From NCBI GenBank assembly GCA_964248365.1, contig CAXTYC010000056.1, forward strand, positions 1-20,593: DNA of 20,593 nt, written 5' to 3'. Positions 1 through 10,300 of this stretch are shown here, piece after piece. The notes beneath the pieces were generated by a model. It searched no databases. It saw only the letters and a program-made list of their open reading frames with translations, and was not told where the DNA came from. How positions within the stretch are numbered: the stretch's first letter is position 1; each line of letters begins with the position of its first letter. The DNA is from an uncultured Chroococcidiopsis sp. Its GTDB lineage: Bacteria > Cyanobacteriota > Cyanobacteriia > Cyanobacteriales > Chroococcidiopsidaceae. A program made the position numbers and the translations under genes.

Positions 1-1
1 G

Positions 2-2617
2 AGCAGTGCAGAATCTGAGCTAAACTTAGAGCTATTTGATGTGCCAACTTCTACTGGTGTCGAGAATACTGCTGATCTAATGGCAGGATTTGACGAGAGT
101 GGTGAGGAATTGGATTTTAGTCTAGATAGCAGCACAGACTTATTTAGCACAGAGGAATCCCAATCAAGCTTAGAGCTATTTGAAGATCCACCTTCCACTC
201 CTATTGTGGAGAACGCAACTGGGTTGATGGCTGAATTTGACCTCATTAATTCTACCGAAGTGGCTCTAGAACAGGAGTTAAATAGGTTAGATATGGGTGT
301 TGAAGAAATGCCCTCACAGACAGAATTCTTTCATGAAGATTCAGCAGCAAGTGTTGAATTTGATCTTGAAGTACAAGAAGAATTACCAAGTGATATTGCA
401 ACGGTAGCGGAGGATTTTGCAGAGTTAGAAGCGTTGCTACAAGAGGAATCAAACTCAAATGTAGTGGTGCAAGCTGAAGTTGGGTCAAATTTAAACACGC
501 TTAGTGTAGCACCAGTTATACAATCCGCTGCACCTGAGAGCAGCAACGATGAATTTGGTGATTTAGAAAAGCTATTGCAGGAAACACCTACCCCCGCTGC
601 AAACCCAGAAACAGTTAAGCCACCGCAGCAAAAACAAGCTGCTACTAATTCCCGCCGTTCAGCATTTGAACAAATGATGCGAGTACCAGTCAAGCAACTG
701 GACAGCATTAGTAACCAGGTTGGGGAACTAGTTGTATACCGTAATAGCTTAGAGCAGGATCAAGAACGGCTGCGACAATTCTTAGATAATTTGCTACATC
801 AAGTACAGCAACTCGGTGATGTGGGATCTAGAATGCAGGAGTTGTACGAGCGATCGCTAGTAGAAGCATCACTACTGACTAGTCGTACTGGTTCACAGTC
901 GGCATTAATCGATACCGCTCCTAACTCAAAAGGTCATGTTACTGGTATAAACTTTGATGCCTTGGAAATGGATCGCTTTACAGGCTTTCACACTTTGGCA
1001 CAGGAAATGATTGAGTTAATTGTGCGAGTGCGGGAGGCATCCTCTGATATTGAGTTTGTAACGGGTGAAACCGAGCAAGTCGCTCGTCAGTTTCGGCAGG
1101 TGACAACTCAACTGCAAGAAGGAATAACGCGATCGCGCATGGTTCCCTTTTCTCAGATCGCTGAGCGCTTGCCTAGAGCCGTAAGAGATATTTCCCTTAA
1201 ATATGGTAAGCAAGCAGAACTGCAAATCGAGGGAAAGGATTCCTTGATCGACAAGGTGATTCTCGAACAACTCTACGATCCAATGACTCACTTGGTAAAC
1301 AATGCGATTACTCATGGCATCGAGTCTTCCGACGAGCGTTCTGCCAAAGGTAAATCACCTATAGGTCAAATTACCATTCGGGCTTTCCACCAGGGAAACC
1401 AAACTGTAATCACTGTTAGCGATGATGGCGCTGGCATTGATCCGGAACGGGTAAAGGCAAAAGCGATCAAAAATGGTCTAATTACCCCAGAAGCAGCAAA
1501 TAATATGTCTCGCCTGGATGTGTATAATTTGCTGTTCCACGCTGGGTTTAGTACCAAAGACGCTGTTGATGAGTTTGCTGGGCGAGGTGTTGGCATGGAT
1601 GTAGTGCTAACTAGCCTAAGTCAAATTCGCGGCACAATCACTACAGATTCTACTCTCGGTAAGGGTACGACCTTCACCATTCGTCTGCCATTAACTCTAA
1701 GTATTTGCAAAGCACTTTGCTGCTTGAGTGACAAGGCTCGCGTTGCCTTCCCTATGGATGGTGTAGAACAAATGATCGACATTCCAGTAGAAAACGTAGT
1801 TACCAACGCCCAAGGGCAATCTTGTATTCATTGGCATGATTCCTTATTGCCATTCCGACACCTAAGAGAGTTCCTAACTTTCAATCGGCAAATTAGTAGA
1901 GGTACTATTTATGGCAGCAACCGTGATGACAACATGATTTCTGTCGTAGTGCTACGCTCAGCTGATATGTTCTTTGCTATCCAAGTTGACCAAGTGCTGG
2001 GAGAACAAGAAATTGTAATTAAGCAATTTGAAGGACCAGCGCCAAAGCCAGTTGGTATAGCTGGTGCTACCATCCTGGGTGATGGTCGGATCATGCCCAT
2101 TGCTGACGTGTTGGAGCTGATTGACCTCTCTATGGGACGCATCCGGCAGAACCGCGAGGGGACTTGGTGGACAGCTAATAATACTTCTTTGCCCCCAGAA
2201 ACTACGCCTGTGACTAGAACTGAACCAATGGTTCTAATCATCGATGACTCGATTACCGTCCGCGAACTGCTCTCGATGACTTTCATTAATGCAGGTTATC
2301 GTGTGGAACAAGCGCGTGATGGTCAGGAAGCTTGGGACAAGCTGCGCGATGGTCTACCTTGCGATCTGATTTTCTGTGACATTGAAATGCCCAGAATGGA
2401 TGGTTTAGAACTGCTATCACGGATGCAACAAGATGCCAAACTCAGCCAGTTACCTATTGCTATGTTGACCTCACGGGGTTCAGACCGCCATCGACAAATG
2501 GCATTACAGCTGGGTGCAAGTGGCTACTTCACTAAACCTTATCTAGAAGAAGCTCTATTGGATGGCGCTCAAAGGATGCTCAAAGGCGAGGTACTACTCA
2601 TTCCTAGTAGCAAGTAG
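2..2617 (+). CDS. cheA: CheA-like hybrid chemotaxis/pilus histidine kinase-response regulator (PilL/HmpE type); 5' end lies outside the window
   Basis: The frame is open from position 2, so the GTG at 41 is probably internal. An acidic linker is followed by the dimerisation motif MRVPVKQLD...VGELV, HATPase boxes (HLVNNAITHGIE, DDGAGID, GFST, GRGVGMDVV, GKGTTFTIRLPLT), a CheW domain (GATILGDGRIMPIAD) and a C-terminal receiver (IIDDS...CDIEMPRMDG...TKP). Confidence 0.93.
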   Translation, partial: SSAESELNLELFDVPTSTGVENTADLMAGFDESGEELDFSLDSSTDLFSTEESQSSLELFEDPPSTPIVENATGLMAEFDLINSTEVALEQELNRLDMGVEEMPSQTEFFHEDSAASVEFDLEVQEELPSDIATVAEDFAELEALLQEESNSNVVVQAEVGSNLNTLSVAPVIQSAAPESSNDEFGDLEKLLQETPTPAANPETVKPPQQKQAATNSRRSAFEQMMRVPVKQLDSISNQVGELVVYRNSLEQDQERLRQFLDNLLHQVQQLGDVGSRMQELYERSLVEASLLTSRTGSQSALIDTAPNSKGHVTGINFDALEMDRFTGFHTLAQEMIELIVRVREASSDIEFVTGETEQVARQFRQVTTQLQEGITRSRMVPFSQIAERLPRAVRDISLKYGKQAELQIEGKDSLIDKVILEQLYDPMTHLVNNAITHGIESSDERSAKGKSPIGQITIRAFHQGNQTVITVSDDGAGIDPERVKAKAIKNGLITPEAANNMSRLDVYNLLFHAGFSTKDAVDEFAGRGVGMDVVLTSLSQIRGTITTDSTLGKGTTFTIRLPLTLSICKALCCLSDKARVAFPMDGVEQMIDIPVENVVTNAQGQSCIHWHDSLLPFRHLREFLTFNRQISRGTIYGSNRDDNMISVVVLRSADMFFAIQVDQVLGEQEIVIKQFEGPAPKPVGIAGATILGDGRIMPIADVLELIDLSMGRIRQNREGTWWTANNTSLPPETTPVTRTEPMVLIIDDSITVRELLSMTFINAGYRVEQARDGQEAWDKLRDGLPCDLIFCDIEMPRMDGLELLSRMQQDAKLSQLPIAMLTSRGSDRHRQMALQLGASGYFTKPYLEEALLDGAQRMLKGEVLLIPSSK

Positions 2618-2690
2618 TGTTTAAGTAATTAGGTGGCTTTAGAGCTTCCCTCGGTCAAGGCTTAGTTGGGTAAAAGTAGCTGCATTGACA

Positions 2691-2824
2691 TATAGCAACC
2701 CTAAATCATTCGTGAACAGTAAATGATCTAGTAGGGTGGGCATTGCCCACCAAATGCGGTAATGGTGGGCAATGCCCACCTACTGTAATATTGATATGTT
2801 TACTTTTCAGATAGGACTGCTATA
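2691..2824. mobile_element. 134-bp MITE-like element with TA-ended imperfect terminal inverted repeats (IS630-like)
   Basis: Left end is TATAGCAACCCTAAATCA (2691). The reverse complement of the right end (to 2824) is TATAGCAGTCCTATCTGA. No coding capacity. Confidence 0.65.
2731..2783. repeat. Inverted pair of GTAG-type REP palindromes inside the MITE
   Basis: GTAGGGTGGGCATTGCCCACC at 2731-2751 and GGTGGGCAATGCCCACCTAC at 2764-2783, the reverse complement of a near-identical unit. Each unit is itself a hairpin. Confidence 0.8.
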
Positions 2825-2845
2825 GTTTGGGCTAATGTTTGCATA

Positions 2846-2884
2846 AAAGCGTCCAGGTAAAACACCTGGACGCTTTATTGTTTT
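2846..2884. terminator. Intrinsic terminator, probably bidirectional
   Basis: Perfect 13-bp stem AAAGCGTCCAGGT (2846-2858) / ACCTGGACGCTTT (2864-2876) with a 5-nt loop. T-rich tail on + (TTTATTGTTTT) and TTTT on -. Lies downstream of cheA. Confidence 0.75.
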
Positions 2885-3019
2885 AATTAATAGGTAGAAC
2901 TTCAAAGCAAAATGTTTCTACACATTGACGAACTTTTGAAAAATCTCATCTGTCAACCATTGGGTGGTGGCTTTAAAGTTACGTGCTGGCATCGTACCGC
3001 CCAGCCGTACCATAGCCGA

Positions 3020-3104
3020 TTGGGCTTGAACTCGTTGCCAAAGCGTCCTAATGCTCAAGCGATTTATGGAGCTTTCTGTACAACAAAGTTCATAACACGC
3101 TCTA
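3020..3104 (+). mobile_element. IS5-family remnant: 3' end of transposase plus right end (copy 1)
   Basis: Encodes GLELVA/(frameshift)/VLMLKRFMELSVQQSS*, then CACGCTC and a CTAG site. It is a near-identical inverted copy of 18345-18426, which extends into clear IS5 motifs. Confidence 0.75.
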
Positions 3105-3397
3105 GATGCCATTTGTCTTTTAGTCGGGAACGACTTGGGCAATTTGATTGGCAAAGTGCTGCCCAAACTTTTGACACCATTCTCGGATTGTCTCATAGGT
3201 GACGAACACTCCCCCCTAGAGGATCATTTTCAAGGGTGTCCCTGTAACTTAAGGGAAAGGTGAAGTATAGCCAAATGCAGTGGCTAATGATTTGTGCTGG
3301 GAAGCCTCGCGGTGATACAACTCAAATTTTGCAGTTATGGAAGAATATTATTTCACTGACTGCCACTCCTGCCAATTCCCATTAATTTGACAGTACC
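3105..3397 (-). mobile_element. IS6-family remnant: left end and degenerate transposase N-terminus
   Basis: The minus strand reads FPAQIISHCIWLYFTFPLSYRD...VTYETIREWCQKFGQHFANQI and, after a frameshift, SRSRLKDKWHL, typical of an IS6 transposase N-terminus. An IS6-like terminal sequence GGTACTGTCAAATTAA starts at 3397 on the minus strand. Confidence 0.8.
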
Positions 3398-3641
3398 ATT
3401 CCTGCTTGTGTTGAGCATTGAGATAGCCTTCGCTTCCCTTTGTAGTTCAATTTCAGTCCTTCCACGCCAGTTACATCGTAGCGTTGATCGCTCTGCCTAA
3501 TCAATCCCAGAGATACGAGCAAGCACCAGAACGAATTTTCCGATAGCTATACCCCTGTTGATTCATTTGTATGGTTAGCTGCACGTTTGAGTTTTTGTGG
3601 ACGGGGATTACGTTTGAATAAATTGCTTGTTGGCTATTCAT
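3398..3641 (-). pseudogene. Degenerate N-terminus (HTH region) of an IS630-family transposase
   Basis: Across several frameshifts the minus strand reads NPRPQKLKRA / LTIQMNQQGYSYRKIR / VSLGLIRQSDQRYDVTGVEGLKLNYKGK, resembling cyanobacterial IS630 transposase N-termini. Confidence 0.6.
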
Positions 3642-3699
3642 AACCTGGGACGGTCAACTCGACTTGAGGAACTGTTTAAATTTACCTTTCGTTCAAAAC

Positions 3700-4394
3700 C
3701 TATTTAGCGTCACACAAGAAGCGAAAGAATCAACAAGTAAAAGCAAAATATTGTTCATTGTAACTGCAACCGTGCATCATATAAGCTGTTTAAATAAATC
3801 AAAATTTTATCAAAAATGCCACTTTTCCTAGACAATGAGGTAGTTGAATTACTGGCAATATAAAATAAGTATAAGCAGGATAATGATGAGCAAATGAGTT
3901 GGATTTGTCTGATTGCTTAATTTTTGAGAAGCTTTTGATTAGAAAGATGTAATAGTTTGCTGAAAAAGCCTTTGCTCACAAGATGATTGTTGATGGGTGC
4001 TACAAAAATAGCCAAGTTGCATCAGGTTTCAGCCTTGATATTTTGATGGATGCTATAGGGGAGATTTTATTTTGCCGATAGTTTAAGCCAGAAAGTATAT
4101 TATGCAACAGCTACAAGTATATAAAACACTATAATAAAAGGGCAATAGGATTGATTAATTTACTGCTAAAGGGTGAAATTTTTTTCGCTAAAAACATCTA
4201 AATATAAAGTGAGGTTACTTTAAGTTAAGTTAATATGCTAAGAATTTAATATGTATTTAGTATTGTCATAAATATAAGAAAAAAAAGTAACTGAAAACTG
4301 TTTGAGCAAGGGAAAATATTAAATAAACACGGCTTTGAAGCAAAAGCGGGGAAATTTTAAATAACTTAGTTCGTCCCAAAAAAAGCTATCAATC
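3700..4394 (+). promoter_or_regulatory. AT-rich non-coding region upstream of PKS1, presumed to hold the cluster promoter
   Basis: About 700 bp with no ORF, visibly much richer in A/T than the flanking genes. No specific operator could be assigned. Confidence 0.45.
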
Positions 4395-7300
4395 ATGAAT
4401 TCTATGAATTCCTTCACCTGTTTTTCCCTGAGTCCGATTGGAATTGCTCACCCTGGTATAGCAGTAGCAACGACACGAGCAGGCGGCGTTGGATTACTGG
4501 ACAGGGAATTTTGGTCAGGTGGTGATGATGTGGCGATCGCAAATCTAGACCGACTTTTAGAGTTAGTCAAAGATACCAGTAGTGTGGGATTACGTTTGCG
4601 GTTGGATCAAATTGCCGAAAGTCGTGGGCTGCTGGAACGACTTGGCGATCGCCCCCATTGGTTGATATTGTGTGGTTGGGAGCAGCAGTTGTTATCTCGC
4701 ATAGCATTGCTACCACAAAGCCGCTCGCGCAGGTTGTTGCTTGAAGTTACAGATGTTAACTCGGTATTATTAGACGATCGCATTGACGGGCTAGTTGCCA
4801 AAGGGCATGAAAGTGGCGGTTGGGTAGGCGAAGACTCGGCATTTATTTTGACGCAGAAACTTTTAAACATACAACCCAAGCCAGTATACGTACAAGGTGG
4901 AATCGGCATTCATACAGTAGCAGCTTGCCGTGCTGCTGGGGCAGCAGGTGTCATATTAGACGATCAATTGTTGCTGATGCCCGAATCACCCATACCAGAT
5001 GAATGGCAACCTTATTTAAATCAGCTTAACGGTACAGAAGCGATCGCAATTGGTGAGAAACTAAATGCTAGTTGCCGCGTGTTGTCTCGTCCAGGTTTTG
5101 AGGTAATTTCTAGGCTGCAAAAGCTTGCAGAGCAAATAGAAGTTGAGCATGAGGCATCCCAGGCGGGAACTCAACAATGGAAGCAACAAGCGAAATCTTT
5201 AATCGGTTGGGATACGCCTGGAGTACTAGCATACCCGATTGGACAAGCAGTAGGATTGGCAGCAAGTTACCGCGATCGCTACAAGACTACAGGCAGATTA
5301 GTGCAAGCATTGCTCAAAGCAAGTCAATCGCAGATCGAAAGTGCTAAAACCCTGCGTCCGCTGCAACCAAATGCGCCATTAGCAGTTGCTCATCGAACCA
5401 GATATCCAATCGTCCAAGGACCGATGACGCGGGTAAGCGACACAGCAGAGTTTGCCGATGCTGTCTCTAGGGCAGGAGCTTTACCAATGTTAGCCCTGGC
5501 ATTATTACGGGGCGCACAAGTACGAGACTTATTGTACAAGACAAAAGAACTGATCGGCGACAAATCCTGGGGTATAGGCATTCTTGGTTTTGTTCCGACC
5601 GAATTACGAGCAGAACAAATGCAAGCAGTTCTAGAGGTAAAACCACCTTTTGCCTTAATTGCTGGAGGACGACCGGATCAGGCAGCGCAATTAGAAGCTC
5701 AAGGCATTGCTAGTTATATCCATGTTCCTACACCAGGATTACTAAAAATGTTTCTGGAGGCGGGGGCAAAACGGTTTGTATTTGAAGGGCGGGAATGCGG
5801 CGGTCATGTTGGTCCTTTGAGCAGCTTTATGCTTTGGGAAAGCGCGATTTCGACCCTTTTAGATCAAGTACCTGCAAAAGCAGCAGACATACACGTTCTA
5901 TTTGCAGGCGGCATTCATGATGCCCGTTCCGCCGCGATGGTGAGTGCAATGGCTGCTCCTTTAGTAGAACGTGGTATGCGTATAGGCGTACTCATGGGAA
6001 CTGCCTATTTGTTTACCAAAGAAGCTGTGGACTGTGGAGCGATTGTAGACTCATTTCAAAAGCAAGCGATCACGTGTAACAGTACCATCAACCTAGAAAC
6101 TGGTCCAGGTCATGCCAGCCGCTGCGTTCGTACCCAGTTTGCCGACGAGTTTTATGCTACCCGACGGCGGATGTTGGCAGCAGGAAATTCTGCCCACGAG
6201 ATAAAAAATGTCCTAGAGGAGCTTAATCTAGGACGCTTGCGGGTTGCATCAAAAGGTTTAGTAAGAGGTGCAGACAATCAAATCACCGCGATCGATCCAG
6301 AAAAACAACTTACCGACGGAATGTATATGATCGGTCAAGTTGCCACAATACGCGACAAAGTTTGTAGCATACATTCGTTGCATCAAGATGTTTCGGAAAA
6401 AAGCAGCGACCTGTTAGAAGGCATTAGAAACGACCTATCGCTTGATGCTGCTTCCACCCCTAACCCCCAGCCCCTAGCCTCTAGTCCCTCAGATATAGCC
6501 ATTATCGGCATCGGCACTTTACTCCCCAAAGCCACCGAGCCAGAAATTTTTTGGCAGAACATTTTAGCATCGGTAAATACCATCACCGAAATTCCGCCGC
6601 AACGTTGGGACTGGCGACTATACTACGATCCAGACCGCAATGCCAAAGATAAAGTCTATTCTAAATGGGGTGGTTTTTTAGACGACGTGCCGTTCGATCC
6701 TATACGTTTTGGCATCCCGCCTAAGTCGTTAAAATCAATTGAACCGCTGCAACTGCTGACCCTAGAAGTTGTCCGACGGGCATTAGCAGATGCTGGATAT
6801 GAATCTGGTAACTTTGATCGAGAGAATACTTCTGTTATACTTGGGGCTGGCGGCGGTGTGGGCGATCTAGGAGAGCAATACGCTACACGCTCTCAAATTC
6901 CCAGGATTTTAGATGCTCCATCCGCTCAAGTTTGGGAGCGTTTGCCTCAGTGGAGCGAGGAAACATTTCCAGGCTTGCTTTCTAATGTGTTAGCAGGTCG
7001 AGTTGCTAACCGTTTTGATTTTGGTGGCTCGAATTTCACTGTAGATGCTGCTTGTGCTTCTTCCCTAGCAGCGATCGATTTAGCTGTGAGAGAACTGGAA
7101 AGTGGTCGCAGCAATATAGCGATCGCTGGAGGTGTAGACGTGGGACAAAGCCCCTTCGCCTACTTATGTTTCAGCAAGACACAGGCTTTTTCGGCACAAG
7201 GAAAAGTACGTACTTTTGATAAAGCAGCTGATGGCATTATTATCAGTGAAGGGTTGGCAGTTGTCGTTCTCAAACGTCTCGAAGATGCCGAACGAGATGG

Positions 7301-10300
7301 CGATCGCATCTATGGTGTAATTAAAGCCGTAGCCTCTTCTAGCGATGGAAAGGCTTTAGGGCTGACAGCGCCTTTGCCAGCAGGACAGATGCGAGCCTTT
7401 GATCGCGCCTACAAGAAAGCTGGTATTTCTCCCAACACTTTAGGGCTGTATGAAGCTCATGGCACTGGTACTGTTGCAGGTGATAGAGCAGAATTAGAAA
7501 CGATTGTCAAGACTCTAAAGGCAAATAATTCAGCGAGTAAGTCTTGCGCGATCGGCTCGATTAAAACCACACTCGGTCATACCAAAAGTACGGCTGGTGC
7601 TGCTGCTTTAGTGAAAGCTGTCTTATCGCTACATCATAAAGTATTGCCCCCTCACAGCGGTGTAGATAATCCATTGGATGCGATCGCAGATCCAGAAAGC
7701 TCAGTGTATTTGTTAAAGCAAGCCCGCCCTTGGTTTGCTCACCCTGACTACCCACGCCGCTGCGGTGTTAGCGCTTTTGGTTTCGGTGGCACGAATTTTC
7801 ACGCGATTGTCGAAGAATACCGAGGTGAATTTAAAGGCGAAGTCTTGGGTGCTGATAATTGGTCTTGTGAGCTAGTTGTGTTGCGCTCATCTAACCATGA
7901 GGCTTTAGCTAAGGATGTAAACTCGCTAAAACAGGCTTTGGATAATGGTGCTGAGCCTCGTCTACCGAATCTAGCTTATAGCTATGCAAAACAAGCGAAT
8001 AGTAGCAGTAATCCTCATGTTTGTTTGAGCATCGTTGTAGAAAGCCTGCAACAATTAAGAGAAGCCTTAGACTCGGTTCTTGCTCACTTAAAAGATCGAG
8101 TAGCACTCCCACCACACATCCAGCTATCAACAGAATTAATTTCAAATTCTTCACCCATAGCCTTTTTGTTCCCAGGACAGGGATCGCAATATCCAAACAT
8201 GGCTTGTGAAGTGGCTCTATACTTCAAGGAAATGCGTAAGGCACTCGAAGCAGCAGATCGGCAACTAGGGCTGCCCAAACTGCTTAGCCAGTTCATTTAT
8301 CCGCCCAGTGCGTATTCAAAAGCAGATGAAACACGTAATTCTCAACAGCTAACTGATACCCAGATCGCTCAGCCTGCCATTGGCGTTGTAGAAGCGGGTT
8401 ATATGGACTTGCTTGCTCGACTAGGGCTATTTGCAGATATGGTTGGCGGAAACAGCTATGGTGAGTATGCTGCGTTGCATAATGCTGGAGTTTTGTCAAG
8501 GAAAGACTTTTTCAGCATTTCCCAAACGCGAGGTCGGGTAATGTCGGCAGCGTGTGGCGAGGTAGAAGGCGCGATGGCAGCTGTTCAGGCTACCCGCGAA
8601 GAATTGCAGGCACACTTAGACGGTCTTGAGAACGTTGTGATTGCCAATCATAATGCTCCGCTTCAGAGTGTGATTTCTGGTAACAAGCAAGCAGTTCAAC
8701 AAGTTGTCGATAGTCTGAATTCCCAGGGAATAGTAGCTCGGATGCTGCCCGTTGCTGGTGCTTTCCATTGTGCAATGCTCGCTTCCGCTCAAAAGCCTTT
8801 GGCTGATGCGATCGCTGCTGTCAAGATGTACTCCCCCAAAATTCCTGTTTACAGCAACTCTTCAGCTCGTCCCTACGACTGTGATATTGACCAGATCCGC
8901 ACTCAATTATCCCAACACTTGCTCAGTCCGGTAGAATTTGTCGAGCAAATCAAGTGTATGTACTCTGATGGCGCTCGTATATTTGTTGAAGTTGGTCCTA
9001 AGAGTACTCTGACGAAGTTGGTTGACCAAATTCTTGCCGGAAAAGAGCATACTGCCGTGTCTTTAGATGGGCAAGGCGGGGGCTTGCGAGGTTTACTGCT
9101 GGCTCTAGGTACAATGATTACGCGCGGTGTCAATATTCGGTTAACTGCTTTATTTGAGGGGCGTAATGTACGTCAGCTAGACCTGTCCCGACTAGTCCAG
9201 AATACGCGAAAACCAGAACTACCGCGTACAGCTTGGCTGGTAAATGGTGGATCTGCCAGACCTCAAGAGAAAGAGGGGGAGAGTGGGAGAGGGAAAGAGG
9301 AGGAGAAATTTTCATCCAAAATCCAAAATCCAAAATCTAAAATCCAAAATCCCCCAGCCCCAAGCCCCCAGCCTCTAGCCCCTCACAACTCGCGTACAAA
9401 CGGGTTTACCTCAGATCTTCATCAACAAACGGGTAATTCTCTTAAACCCGCCCCTACCAGTACGGGCGGGTTGACAAAAGATCTTCATCAACAAACGGGT
9501 AATTCTATTGAACCCGCCCCTACCAATGTACGCCGATCGCAAACGCCTGCAACACCAGCCATGACCTATCAACCAACACAACCACAAGTATTATCCAATA
9601 ACCATACCTCGTCCCCCGAAGTGGCTTTGGTAGCTTACCAAGCTTATCAAGAAACCATGCGTCAGTTTTTGGCGTTGCAGGAACAGGTAATGATGCAGTT
9701 TCTCAATGTCACTTCCTCAAGACAAATTATACCGCCGCCCCCAACAATAACTGCCATCGCCGCAACAACTGCTCCTCAAATTAGCCCTGACAATGGCAAA
9801 CGTAATGGCAATGGCAATGGTGCAGTAATGCCAGCCGTGCAACCTCCTACACCGCCTGCAATTCCTCCCTCACCCTCAATACCTACTCCCCAACTAGAGA
9901 TCGGTTCAGGGGAGAGTGGGAGAGTGGGAGAGTGGGAGAATGGGAGCAATTCACCTCGCACAGTCGTCACCTCCTCAGCTCCCTCAGCTCCCCAGGGGGA
10001 TCGCGCTACTTTAACTCAGACGCTGTTAGAGTTGGTAAGCGATCGCACTGGTTATCCCATAGAAATGCTGGGATTAGACCAAGACATGGAAGCAGAACTT
10101 GGCATTGATTCGATTAAGCGGGTGGAAATCTTGGGTGCGGTTGTAAAAAGCTTGCCACAAAATCTGAGTGCCAGCGTACAAGAGCAAATGGACAGCTTTA
10201 CCCAGGCAAAGACTCTTAATGGTATTGTTGCAGAATTGCTTCAAGTCATAAACAAAGAAGCTCCCCCTGCTTCCCCTGCCTTCTCTACCCAGGAGGACAT

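Noticed and set aside
1231..1237. In-phase G_GGA_AAG in cheA
   Set aside because: It encodes the conserved EGK segment, with no stimulatory elements or meaningful -1 ORF. It shows the heptamer alone is not diagnostic.
2912..3202. Overlapping 96-aa (+) and 92-aa (-) ORFs
   Set aside because: Both run across the IS5/IS6 junction in non-native frames and are chimeric artefacts.
3840..3852. Possible NtcA box GTAGTTGAATTAC upstream of the cluster
   Set aside because: Spacing is GTA-N7-TAC rather than N8, and such matches are common in AT-rich DNA.
9394..9523. Possible mini CRISPR array from the 66-nt period repeat
   Set aside because: Only two units, similar along almost their whole length with no unique spacers, inside a CDS, and no cas genes.
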